Below the pieces are notes generated by a model. That model was not told where the DNA came from. It did not search any database and saw only the letters and a program-made list of their open reading frames with translations. From Pecten maximus (taxonomy: Eukaryota): a stretch of 64,000 bases of DNA. Both the position numbers and the translations under genes were made by a program. Location of the stretch: the NCBI RefSeq assembly GCF_902652985.1, contig NC_047025.1, positions 26,412,001 through 26,476,000 of the forward strand, written 5' to 3'. Shown here one piece after another: positions 1 through 11,900 of this stretch. Each line of letters begins with the position of its first letter. Positions within the stretch are counted from its first letter, which is position 1.

Positions 1-230
1 TGTAGATCAGTTTGACAGGATGTAGATCAGTTTGACAGGATGTAGATCAGTTTGACAGGATGTAGATCAGTTTGACAGGATGTTAGATCAGTTTATTTGA
101 AGGTTAGATCAGTTTGACAGAAAGCTAGATCACTTTGACAGGATGTTTAATCGGTTTGACAGGAGGTTTAATCGGTTTGACATAAAGCGAGATAATTGTT
201 TCAGAAGTTTAGATCGGTTCACATATCCGA
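1..230. repeat. 20-bp minisatellite (TGTAGATCAGTTTGACAGGA)n, truncated by window start, decaying rightwards
   Basis: Four perfect copies at 1-80, followed by progressively degenerate copies. Confidence 0.9.
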
Positions 231-1889
231 AACTTGTTTGACCAATATCGTGGGATTTGCGACAAATATCTTGAGATGCATCTAATTTTATACATGCTGA
301 CAACTTTAGCGAGCAGTGTCATTTTAAATGGAGTAAAATCACAAAAATTCAAACTAATTTCACATGCAGACATACTATTGAAGAGCAAGATTTACAATTT
401 GAGAAACGATCAAAACACTGCTTAAAAAGTAGCATAATCTTTAAAAAAAAAAGTTAAAGTTTGTGATGCACTTACAATATTTCAACGAGTCGTAAGATTG
501 TAAATGTTTTTGTGGATGGCAGTGAAGTGTATAACTGGAGTTGAAAAGATAAGATGTTTATGATAGAGTTAAAATGTTTGGGGTACAGAGCAAAAGAAAG
601 TTAAGGAGTATGAGCGCTCCACCTTCTACAGTATCTTACGAGGACTTGGACAAATATTCCTTCACGTATAATTACAAATCTATACATATTTATGGAACAA
701 AATCAAAAGGAATATCGACTTTTAAGTAAATTATCCATAAATTTACATTTTGCATTACTTAAAATGCTACGTCGCTGACAGCGTGTACATGTAACGTTAC
801 ACCGCCGCGGACTTAGATATACAATGTTCTCACAAAATGCATCGAATGGCACCCATGCATAGAAATATACTTGTGTCTAATAAATTAACATAAACAAGAA
901 ATATCTTTAAAAAAGACAAACGGCATAGTTTTAATGCTGATGGTTATAATGTAATAGTTATACTGCTGGTGAAATAAGATCAGTTTGAATCATTTTTGGT
1001 AATAATAAGACTGCATTTGAATCAGGAATATGATTTTATTAATGTGTCATTTGAAAAGATACATCCACTTATTTAGCTTGCATTCAATCTTAACTTTGTT
1101 TCGTTTTTAACTGCATATCTGCATTTTGCATTGACCGCTACATTGACCAATCGCATACTTCATCTTGACCAGAAACGCCACCTGTCGCGTCATATCCGGG
1201 GCCAAAACAAAATTAGACGGCTATGCCGAAAAATGAAATAAAAAGAAAAGAAAATACTAATACAAGCTTCCTAATAATGATAGCTCAAATCGAAACATAG
1301 TGAGCATTTCTTTGGGGTGCATTTAAGTATTTTTCCACTTTAGATATAAAAGATAACTGCTACAAGTTTCAAAATGTTAGAAGGTCAAATTTAAGTATTT
1401 AACTTCGAGTATTTTGTAGAATAGCCTATCATTGCTTTAAATTACGAACGTGATGTTAAAGTGCAGAGGCCGTCATATTAATTAGATATTATATCATGAT
1501 CTTTTGCTTGGTTTATCGCCCCTATTGAACGACCACGCATCCTTCTTGACACCGACATTGATTGTAATCCAGTGTCCGTGGTAACAGTCGTAGACAGCTT
1601 GAGAATATAGGTTTTGAGACGACCACAATAGATATGATGTCACGCGTTGTTGGTTACTTACTAACCAACTTAATACGGTAGTCTAGCAAGGTGGTCGCTC
1701 AACCATACATGCTGCGATAACGTAGCTAATTACTCGACTGTGGGTGAAAAGAAGGAAGGTCAAACATCAGTGTGATTATTTGGATATGAATGAACACTGA
1801 CTTCGACAATATCGTGAAGATACAAAGTTCAATAGTGAAGATACATCTTATACACATGTACGGGAAGGTCGCTTACACATAAAACAAAA

Positions 1890-4800
1890 ATGGCCGACAG
1901 TGAGCGGAAAGTCGTTGTGGGTGTAGATGTGGGCGGTACTAACACTGACGCTGTGCTTGTCCAGGTCAACGCTTCCCCGCCGAAAGTAGTGTCGTCTGCT
2001 AAGAGTTTGACTACAAATGACGTCACTACAGGAATAAAACGCGCTGTTTCAAAATCTATCCTGGAAGCTCAACCGTCCAGTACAAACCCTCTCAACATTA
2101 CTCAACTGAACATTGGAACAACTCATTTTGTCAACGCTATAGTTCAAAGGAAAAATCTCGCGAGAGTTGCCGTAATCAGACTGTGCGGCCCAGCGTCACA
2201 GTCTGCCCCTCCGTTCAGTGACTTCAAAGATGATTTGAGGGATTATATAAATGGCGGCGTATTCATGGTGAACGGTGGATACGAGTTTGACGGGAAAGTG
2301 ATAACTGAAGTGTCGCGTTCAGAGATTCAAGCATGTGTGGAGAAATGTGTGAGAAACGGAATTAACAATTTCGTCATTTGCGGAGTGTTTTCCCCGGTAA
2401 AAAGTAAACAAGAAGAGGACGTTAAAGAAATCATTCAGGAAGTGCACCCAAGCGCTAGTGTTACACTGTCAAACGAAATCGGACATATAGGCTTGTTAGA
2501 AAGAGAAAACGCATCCATTCTAAACGAATGCCTTAAGCCTTTAAGCGGGAATACCATAGAAGGCTTCCGACTGGCAGTAATTGATCTTGGACTAAACTGT
2601 CCGTTTTATTTGACACAAAATGACGGTACAATTGTTTCTGAAAAAGTTGCTCGTAGCCAGCCCGTCCGAACATTTGCGTCCGGACCCACGAACAGTATGA
2701 GAGGAGCAGCGTTTTTATCTGGAGTTAAAAACGCCATTGTTGTTGATATCGGTGGTACTACCACGGATGTTGGCATACTACAGAAGGGATTCCCACGAGA
2801 GGCATCTTCGGAAATAATGGTCGGCGGGATCCGTACTAACTTCCGGATGCCAGACGTAAAGAGTATCGGTCTTGGAGGTGGTTCGTACGTTTCCGTTGAT
2901 CCAGTTTGTGTCGGTCCCAGGAGTGCTGGCTACAATTTAACCAATGAGGCATTAGTATTCGGGACTGAATCTGACGTGGCGACCAGGCGATTAACTGCTA
3001 CAGACGTGGCAGTGGCAGCCAAACTGTGCTGTATCGGGTCACCAGAAAACGTATCTCACATCGAACCGACACCGATTATTGATAAGATACGCGAAATGGT
3101 GGAGGAAGCCACAGATCAAATGAAAACATCTGCCGCCGATTTGCCTGTGATTTTGGTAGGAGGGGGGACAATATTGCTCGACCAAAGCAAAGATCTCCAT
3201 GGTGCAAGTGAAGTCCTCAAGCCGATGTATTATGACGTAGCCAATGCTGTCGGTGCTGCTCTCAGTCAAGTTTCTGGTTCTATTGATAAAGTATACAGCA
3301 TGTCTGACTTTATAGACCAACACGAACTTTCTGCTGCCATTCAAACAAAAAAGAATGATCTAGACGTTACTGCCACAAAGGAAGAAATAGAGAATGCAGA
3401 AAAAGACATAAGGAAGTCATTTTATCAAAAAGCGCGGGAAAGGGCATTAGAAGAAGCTCAAACAATCGCGGTTGATTTGTTGGTGGACGCGGGCGCAAGT
3501 CGTGAAAATATAGAGCTTGTTGAGAAAGATGAGACCCCATTATCATATCTTCCTGGGAACGCAACAAGAATACAGATTAAAGTTGTCGGGGATTTAAACG
3601 TGTCACAGGCGACCGGTAACAAAATCTGTGAGTTTTCCATGCCTAAATCGATCGCCATTGATGAAGAACATCTACAAGGGAAACAGATATCAACAGCGAC
3701 TGGAAAATTGATAGACACCGGGATATTCAAAGAAACAGTATATGATACAGAAATCGACGAAACAACCGGCGAATGGATTCTATCTACATGGGATGTGGAA
3801 TGTATTGGACTAGGTGCAGGGATTCTTGGGTGTGGTGGTGGTGGGAGCCCCTACCTTGGGCGTCTTTTGGCCAAAATGGCAATAAAAGAGGGCAAGGTCA
3901 TTCGTGTCATCACGAAAGAAAAGCTGCGTTCAAAATGTCAACCAAAACAAGGGAAAACATCGAGCGTCGTTGTTCCCGTTGCCTTAATGGGGGCCCCGTT
4001 GATAGTGACAGAGAAGCTGGTATGTGGAGAGGCAGCTAAATCACTGTCGTGTCTTCAACAACTGTACATGGATGGTTATCGCGATGGAAAATTGCCTTCC
4101 CGATTCAACAAATCAATTCAGTCCGATAGTGGTAAAACATACATAGAAAATTATCAATCATTAGAAACATCGACTCCCTCAAATATAGCTTTCAATGACC
4201 AGGAAATTGTCGCATTAGTATCAGCAGAAGTTGGAGGTATGAACTGTATAGAGCCATTGCTGGTATCTGCAGAACTAGGGATTCCGGTCCTGGATGCTGA
4301 CGGTATGGGGCGGGCATTCCCAGAACTCCAAATGTACTCTCCTCTAATATATGGTGGGAAACCATATCCATCTACACTGGCCGATGCCAAAGGACGCAAG
4401 GACGTGGTTTTAAAAGTAGATACTGCTAAAACACTTGAAGATCACTTTCGTAGAACTGTAGTAGACATGGGATGTAGCGCTATCGTCACCATCTCAAGTG
4501 TGCGCGTGGAGGACGAACTCGATACATTGATCCACTACTCTATAAGCCATGCATGGAGGCTAGGACGGGCTGTCCTACTAAGTCGCCGCGAAAACACCTC
4601 GCCGACAGATGCGATACGAAAGGAAACCGGCGGAATTTTGACAATCACTGGGAAGATCATTGACGTCTGCCGGGAGCTCACTGGTGGTTTCAATAAAGGG
4701 TTTTTAAAGATAGCTGGGACTGGTGATTTCACCGATAAAAAAGGCTTGATTGAATTCCAGAACGAGAACCTGATTGTGAAAATTGGTGCTGGATTCAGCG

Positions 4801-5054
4801 GTACAGATGATATGGGGGTAGTGTCCTGTGTCCCAGACCTTATCACTGTTGTGGACAGTGATTCAGGGGAACCTATTCCCACAGAAAATGTCCGATACGG
4901 ACAAAGGGTTAGCGTTCTTACTATTCCCTCTCATGACATGCTCAGGACGCCACGCGCTCTGGAGTTTGTTGGGCCTCGGGCGTTCGGTTACAGCGATATC
5001 GAGTTTAGTCCATGTGGACCTTGTCCAGAAATTGAACCTGTGGGCCCGAGGTAA
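1890..5054 (+). CDS. Hydantoinase/oxoprolinase family protein fused to a C-terminal DUF917 (S-methyl thiohydantoin desulfurase-like) domain; single exon
   Basis: Uninterrupted 1054-aa ORF. Hydantoinase N-terminal motif GVDVGGTNTD, plus GTTHFVNA, SGPTNSMRGA and VVDIGGTTTDVG. DUF917 motifs GAGILGCGGGGSP, AEVGGMN, DADGMGRAFPELQM, EFQNENL and VPDLITVVD. Confidence 0.9.
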   Translation: MADSERKVVVGVDVGGTNTDAVLVQVNASPPKVVSSAKSLTTNDVTTGIKRAVSKSILEAQPSSTNPLNITQLNIGTTHFVNAIVQRKNLARVAVIRLCGPASQSAPPFSDFKDDLRDYINGGVFMVNGGYEFDGKVITEVSRSEIQACVEKCVRNGINNFVICGVFSPVKSKQEEDVKEIIQEVHPSASVTLSNEIGHIGLLERENASILNECLKPLSGNTIEGFRLAVIDLGLNCPFYLTQNDGTIVSEKVARSQPVRTFASGPTNSMRGAAFLSGVKNAIVVDIGGTTTDVGILQKGFPREASSEIMVGGIRTNFRMPDVKSIGLGGGSYVSVDPVCVGPRSAGYNLTNEALVFGTESDVATRRLTATDVAVAAKLCCIGSPENVSHIEPTPIIDKIREMVEEATDQMKTSAADLPVILVGGGTILLDQSKDLHGASEVLKPMYYDVANAVGAALSQVSGSIDKVYSMSDFIDQHELSAAIQTKKNDLDVTATKEEIENAEKDIRKSFYQKARERALEEAQTIAVDLLVDAGASRENIELVEKDETPLSYLPGNATRIQIKVVGDLNVSQATGNKICEFSMPKSIAIDEEHLQGKQISTATGKLIDTGIFKETVYDTEIDETTGEWILSTWDVECIGLGAGILGCGGGGSPYLGRLLAKMAIKEGKVIRVITKEKLRSKCQPKQGKTSSVVVPVALMGAPLIVTEKLVCGEAAKSLSCLQQLYMDGYRDGKLPSRFNKSIQSDSGKTYIENYQSLETSTPSNIAFNDQEIVALVSAEVGGMNCIEPLLVSAELGIPVLDADGMGRAFPELQMYSPLIYGGKPYPSTLADAKGRKDVVLKVDTAKTLEDHFRRTVVDMGCSAIVTISSVRVEDELDTLIHYSISHAWRLGRAVLLSRRENTSPTDAIRKETGGILTITGKIIDVCRELTGGFNKGFLKIAGTGDFTDKKGLIEFQNENLIVKIGAGFSGTDDMGVVSCVPDLITVVDSDSGEPIPTENVRYGQRVSVLTIPSHDMLRTPRALEFVGPRAFGYSDIEFSPCGPCPEIEPVGPR

Positions 5055-5113
5055 AAACAAGCGTATGATATTACCCTAATGGGTATGAAACTGCTGTAAT
5101 TGTTATTTTAAGT

Positions 5114-7020
5114 GTGAGCGGTATGTCATATATATGTGTGTTATGTTTAGGCAGATGCGCAATATGTCCATATACATATATGTGTATGTTCCTGTATTTT
5201 TTTTTATACAGATGTGCGGTATACCCGCCATACGTATGTGTGTTATGTTTATACAGATGTGCGGTATGTCATCAATCGTATTTGTGTTATGTTTATACAG
5301 ATGTGCGGTATGTCATCAATCGTATTTGTGTTATGTTTATACAGATGTGCGGTATGTCATCAATCCGTATTTGTGTTATGTTTATAAAGATGTGCGGTAT
5401 GTCATCAATCGTATTTGTGTTATGTTTATACAGATGTGCGGTATGTCATCAATCCGTATTTGTGTTATGTTTATACAGATGTGCGGTATGTCATCAATCC
5501 GTATTTGTGTTATGTTTATACAGATGTGCGGTATGTCATCAATCGTATTTGTGTTATGTTTATACAGATGTGCGGTATGTCATCAATCGTATTTGTGTTA
5601 TGTTGGTTTTTTTAAAGATGTGCGGTATGTCATCAATCCGTATTTGTGTTATGTTTATACAGATGTGCGGTATGTCATCAATCGTATTTGTGTTATGTTT
5701 ATACAGATGTGCGGTATGTCATCAATCGTATTTGTGTTATGTTTTTTTTAAAGATGTGCGGTATGTCATCAATCGTATTTGTGTTATGTTTATACAGATG
5801 TGCGGTATGTCATCAATCGTATTTGTGTTATGTTTTTAAAGATGTGCGGTATGTCATCAATCGTATTTGTGTTATGTTTATACAGATGTGCGGTATTTCA
5901 TCAATCCGTATTTGTGTTATGTTTATACAGATGTGCGGTATGTCATCAATCGTATTTGTGTTATGTTGGTTTTTTTTAAAGATGTGCGGTATGTCATAAT
6001 TCCGTATTTGTGTTATGTTTTTAAAGATGTGCGGTATGTCATCAATCCGTATTTGTGTTATGTTTTTTTTAAAGATGTGCGGTATGTCATAATTCCGTAT
6101 TTGTGTTATGTTTTTTAAAGATGTGCGGTATTTCATCAATCCGTATTTGTGTTATGTTTTTTAAAGATGTGCGGTATGTCATCAATCCGTATTTGTGTTA
6201 TGTTTTTAAAGATGTGCAGTATGTCATCAATCCGTATTTGTGTTATGTTTTTTTTTAAAGATGTGCGGTATGTCATAATTCCGTATTTGTGTTATGTTTT
6301 TTAAAGATGTGCGGTATTTCATCAATCCGTATTTGTGTTATGTTTTTAAAGATGTGCGGTATGTCATCAATCCGTATTTGTGTTATGTTTTTAAAGATGT
6401 GGGGTATGTCATCAATCCGTATTTGTGTTATGTTTTTTAAAGATGTGCGGTATGTCATCAATCCGTATTTGTGTTATGGTTTTAAAGATGTGCGGTATGT
6501 CATCAATCCGTATTTGTGTTATGGTTTTAAAGATGTGCGTTATGTCCACCATGGTTTGTTTATAGAGTTGTGTGGTTTGTCCTCCATACGTATGTTTTTG
6601 CTTATACAGATGTGCGAAATTTCCTCCATGCCTACAAAGTATTTGTTTGCTTATACCAATGTGCGGTATGTCCACCATACATATGTTTTTTGCTTATACA
6701 GATGTGCGGTATTTCCTCCATGCGTATGTATGATATGTTTATAAAGATGTGCGGTATATCCACCATACGTATGTGTTTTGTTTATACAGACGTGCGGCAT
6801 GTCCACCATCCGTATGTGTGTTGTTTATAAAGATGTGCGGTATGTCCACCATCCGTATGTGTGTTATGTTTATAAAGATGTGCGGTATGTCCACCATCCG
6901 TATGTGTGTTGTTTATAAAGATGTGCGGTATGTCCACCATTCGTATGTGTTTTGCTTATACAGACGTGCGGCATGTCCACCATACGTATGTGTTTTGCTA
7001 ATACAGATGTACGGTATTGT
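5114..7020. repeat. 44-45-bp minisatellite (ATACAGATGTGCGGTATGTCATCAAT[C]CGTATTTGTGTTATGTTT)n, about 40 copies
   Basis: Tandem units read directly; homogeneous core and divergent edges. It starts ~60 bp after the hydantoinase stop and explains the repetitive ORFs called at 5114-7061. Confidence 0.95.
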
Positions 7021-8912
7021 TCAATCTTTGATATTTGTATAGTAATTATATTTCTGAGCAAATATTACAGTGTTTCATGATCAGTTCCCGTTATATCATT
7101 TTTCAAACGTTGATCATGTTATCTAAATAGTAAAATAACCAACTCATGTTTTTAAAATGTTTACCTACAAGAAACAATGCATTGTGTGAATTGCAAGTCC
7201 TTTATGATAATCTTCTGTAGTATCTTAAATCGATTTTTTTGTTTTTTGTTTTTTTTTTAGTCAATTTCCAATTTTTGATATTTTGTTCATCTGAACACAG
7301 TAGTCTGCGTGAATGTTCTGTTGAAATCTAAATAGCTTTCATTTCTGTCGAACCTGGTATACGCGTTTACTCTCATTGATTTCATTGCACGACCAGGTGG
7401 TGTTGATTTCAGGTTTTTCTGACCTCTTCAGCCTTACTGTACATCGTCTCCCGTATTTTTTATTTTCTTTAATTGATATATGATTTTCCAAAGAAGTAGT
7501 GTGTTAAGAATATTATTTTCAGAAAATGAAGATAAAGGACACAACATTTCTAAAAGTTTTCTTTTAACACTTTATAATTTTTGTCCTATTAGAGTTAACT
7601 CTAGTGTGTTTTGTTTTTAGTGTATGTCATTATGATATTGTTGGTTTTCATCTTGCACTGCAACTATACGCCATTTCATTTCTAATTGTTTATACAAAAT
7701 GACCATATTGTTATAAATTAGAAAATACCCACTTTAAACCTGTCCTCATTAAGTGTCAATGAATTGCTCAGTAGCAAGGGAAACAAAACCAAGGAAATCA
7801 TTGAAATATCCCGAATACGACATGTTTCCATTGGAAATATCACAACTAATATTGAAGCTAACAAGACTTGAGTGCACAAGGAAGCATACATACACTACCT
7901 TATCTTCCCTGCATAGCCTACAGGCAAAATATGCAATTTCTGTCTGTTTACATTCAAAGAGCCTTGTTAGCTTTCGAGTATTTTTATGTCTACTCACAGA
8001 AAACATACGTTACTGACAATTTTTGTACACATGAAAATAACTTAATGTAGTTTGAGCTTACACTTGATTTGTTTCCTTACATAAGTTACAATTTGTCCGT
8101 GAGAACAGGTGTATCGTTAGCTTTGGCTTTACAGTTATTCTAGTTTCGGAGTGGATTTTACTGTACAGTGTGTTTATATAGCGTTACTAGTCCATAAATC
8201 AGTTGTGTGTTAATTTGTGCATCGGACGCTTTATTATAGTAGTTTATCCACTGTGTAACAAAATCAATAAAGCAACATTTTCGAACATTAATATTTATTT
8301 TATACCATTTATACATAATATAAAATTCTCAATTTTAAACATGAAATAAATAAAGATGATTGTTTTAACATTGTTATCAGAGGGCAAATTGTCTCCTAAA
8401 AGCTATGAAGGGTATACCGATGAGAGATGATTAATGAATTCATGCACTCTTCATACGTTTTCAAATCAAAATGTATATAATATAAACATGTTATTTGGTA
8501 AAGCTTAACAACATCAAGTTATATAGAAGTACAAATGTGTATATATATAGCATATATTAACAGAAAAACGAAGAAATGATACCATTGGTAATATGGAAGT
8601 GAAATATAAGCATTATTAACTAAGATATATAAAACGAGACAGTACCTTGCAAAACACATACTAAGACTATCATTTCGTCGCTAAATCGCAAGAACATACC
8701 ATACAAAAATTGTATAAAAGCGCGATTTGTTTGCCCAGTTTATCCTGATCACAATAGATTATGCAGTATAAATCCTTATATCCAGAATATCCTGATCCTA
8801 CTAATTTATACGGTAAAAATCTTTTGTCCGGAATATATATATAATGGATTTCACACTGCCTGCCAGACAGGGAAATGGCGTAAAGGGAGTCTGTTTCACT
8901 GTCAGGTGGTAG

Positions 8913-11900
8913 CTATCTCACGTTGAGTATTGCTTTAAATTCTGAAAACAACATAAAACAGAGTACTTACAATCAAATTTCATGCCCCTAGTAAAGCTGT
9001 ATAATTTTAGACAAAACAAAATTAACCTTCGCAATAGGATATTAAAGATATATCAATCTTATAGACAAGCCGCCAAAGCTATTACACTTATGCGTTGTCT
9101 TTTTGTAGCATTTCTATGTACAAAGGTACCTGTAGGATTTTATCATTTCCCTTTAACCCTTTTTAGCTTACCGATATTTTTGTTTAACATTCAATTTAAA
9201 ATGTGGTGATATTGTACAGAAATAAACAGGGTTTTTTGTTTGTAAGTTAACTTCATGTTATCCATTGATTAAGTTTGGAAACAGCAAAAAAGAATATGGA
9301 GGTCATGTGATCCAATGATACCATTTTGAAACAACAAAAGAGAAAAAGATAATATTGAGATGTATACAGAACCCCTAATTTTATTCCGGAACAGATGAAG
9401 GATGCAGTTTTATCTAAATGATTTGTAATATACAAATTCATATTTAAAGGTTTATTCACTGGAAGAGGGGCCATTGAGAACAAGGAAAGGGATAATAAAA
9501 ACAATTGGTTTAATTCCAGAATTTAATGGCAAGAATCTTCTGTTGCATCAATACTAAACAGATAAGAACCTTTCAGAGATATAGTGTTGCCAAAATCTTG
9601 GTTCGGTGATTTGTGATACCTAAAGCCTAGTGCATTGTTACCTCTGTAATCCACCTTGCCATCCATGTCAATGTCTGCTTCCTTGATCATAGCTTCTGCT
9701 TCATCCTATGGGGAGAGAGGAAACATAAGGTGATGGCGTTATTCCTGTTTGTCGTTACATAGTGTTTGATCTCTCATTTTGTCCGAGAATTAAAATGGAT
9801 GATAGGAAAGTGCTCATACAAATACATCAACGCTCTAGGCCAGAATCATCACTGGCAGTACTACAATGATGAAACAGATGTATGATTATGCAGATTAATT
9901 CATTATGGCTCTACTAAAGCTAACTCTTTTGTATTAAAATGTTGGTATCTTCTGTGATTTTCTGTAATAACATTACGGGTATATCAAACATTGGCCGTTG
10001 GTCCAGAACCCATGCCTGCTGTTCAAGAGATAGCACATTAGACTTAGCTATACATACCGACTATTGTGATATCATCATCTAACTTCTGTATTACAATATA
10101 TAGTTCATTAGACTTAGCTATATATACCTACCATTGTGATATCATCATCTAACTTCTGTATTACAATATACAGTTCATTAGACTTAGGTATATATACCTA
10201 CCCTGTAATATTCTCCCCTAACTTCTGTATTACAATATATAGTTCATTAGACCTAGCTATACATACCTACCCTTGTAATAATCTCCCCTAACTTCTGTAT
10301 TACAATATACAGTTCATTAGACTTAGCTATATATACCTACCCTTGTAATATTCTCCACTAACTTCTGTATTACAATATATAGTTCATTAGACTTAGTTAT
10401 ATATACCTACCCTTGTAATATTCTCTCCTAACTTCTGTATTACAATATATGGTTCATTAGACTTAGCTATATATACCTACCCTTGTAATATTCTCTCCTA
10501 ACTTCTGTATTACAATATACAGTTCATTAGACCTAGCTATATATACCTACCCTTGTAATATTCTCTCCTAACTTCTGTATTACAACATACAGTTCATTAG
10601 ACCTAGCTATATATACCTACCCTTGTAATATTCTCTCCTAAATTCTGTATTACAACATACAGTTCATTAGACCTAGCTATATATACCTACCCTTGTAATA
10701 TTCTCTCCTAACTTCTGTAGTACTATATAAAGTTCATCCGGACATATGCCCCCATCTTTGTCATTATCGAACACTTCGAACACCTCATGTAATTCCTTTT
10801 CTGGATCAATAGATAGCTTTCGAGTAAAAATCTCCAAGAATTCCTCAAAATCTATGCTTCCGCTTCCTGAGGAAAAAAACAAGAAATAATGATTAGGAGA
10901 TCTGGGTTTGAATTCAACTCTTCAAAAGGAATTGAATTTGAATGTCTATTATTCGCTTATTTTTGTTCTTACGTTTTAATTTTTCTTATATAAATTCATA
11001 ATTATTTATTTTTGGGTTGAATTCAGTGTTTCAAATGCACTGTTTATGTTAGTGTGTCAAGCATTAAAAGGGACTCGCGAAGATCTGCCTGATATGAATC
11101 AATGTGTCCAACATTCATGAATATCTGCTCAGAACCAATATATCAATATTTACTCCTCAGTATTTATCATTGTCTATTTACTAAAATGGTAGTGTAAATT
11201 TTATTTTCGAGGTATTATCTTTTCGCTGTATTCGAGGGTAGAATAAGAGCATGCAAAATAGATACATTAATAAGTACACCGAAAATTATAGTCCGTTTCT
11301 TATATTTTCTGCGAAAACTCATTGGAACATGTATATGCATTACTGAGTAATGTGTTAGTCTCTGTGAAGAATATTTTTTTCGTTTTGGATATTGTAAACG
11401 TGGTTATTTTCGCTGGGGTTAATTTCACGATTTCGATATATAAACAGTACGCGTGAGAGTAATTTTCGCGAACGATCCACCTTTTGTAGTTCAAGTAAGC
11501 AAACTGATATCAAAATAATACGCGTGGGGGAAATGTTCGAGATCAAAAGGATTTCGCGTAATTGGCGTTAATTTCTCCCTCGCATATTTCCACGTTTACA
11601 GAACGAATCAACTTACTGTCGACATCAACTGATCGCATCAGTCCATTCAGGACTTTCGAAGATGGTCTTTGTCCCAGTTTAAACAAGACCGTTCCCAACT
11701 CATCTGTCGTGATAAGGCCATCACCATTTTTGTCGAATACACAAAATGTATCGTGTAGTTCTGTAACATTTCAAATTATTACAATTAATAGATCATTTTG
11801 CTTCATCTATCAATAATTTACTTTGTCTATTTATATTTAAAATGCAAGCTATATCTTTTTTGAAAATAATACAAGTCAGTGTGTCTATTTTATTGCAGCA

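Noticed and set aside
5114-7061. Many overlapping Cys/Tyr/Val-rich ORFs
   Set aside because: They are translations of a 44-45-bp minisatellite in several frames, with no independent coding evidence.
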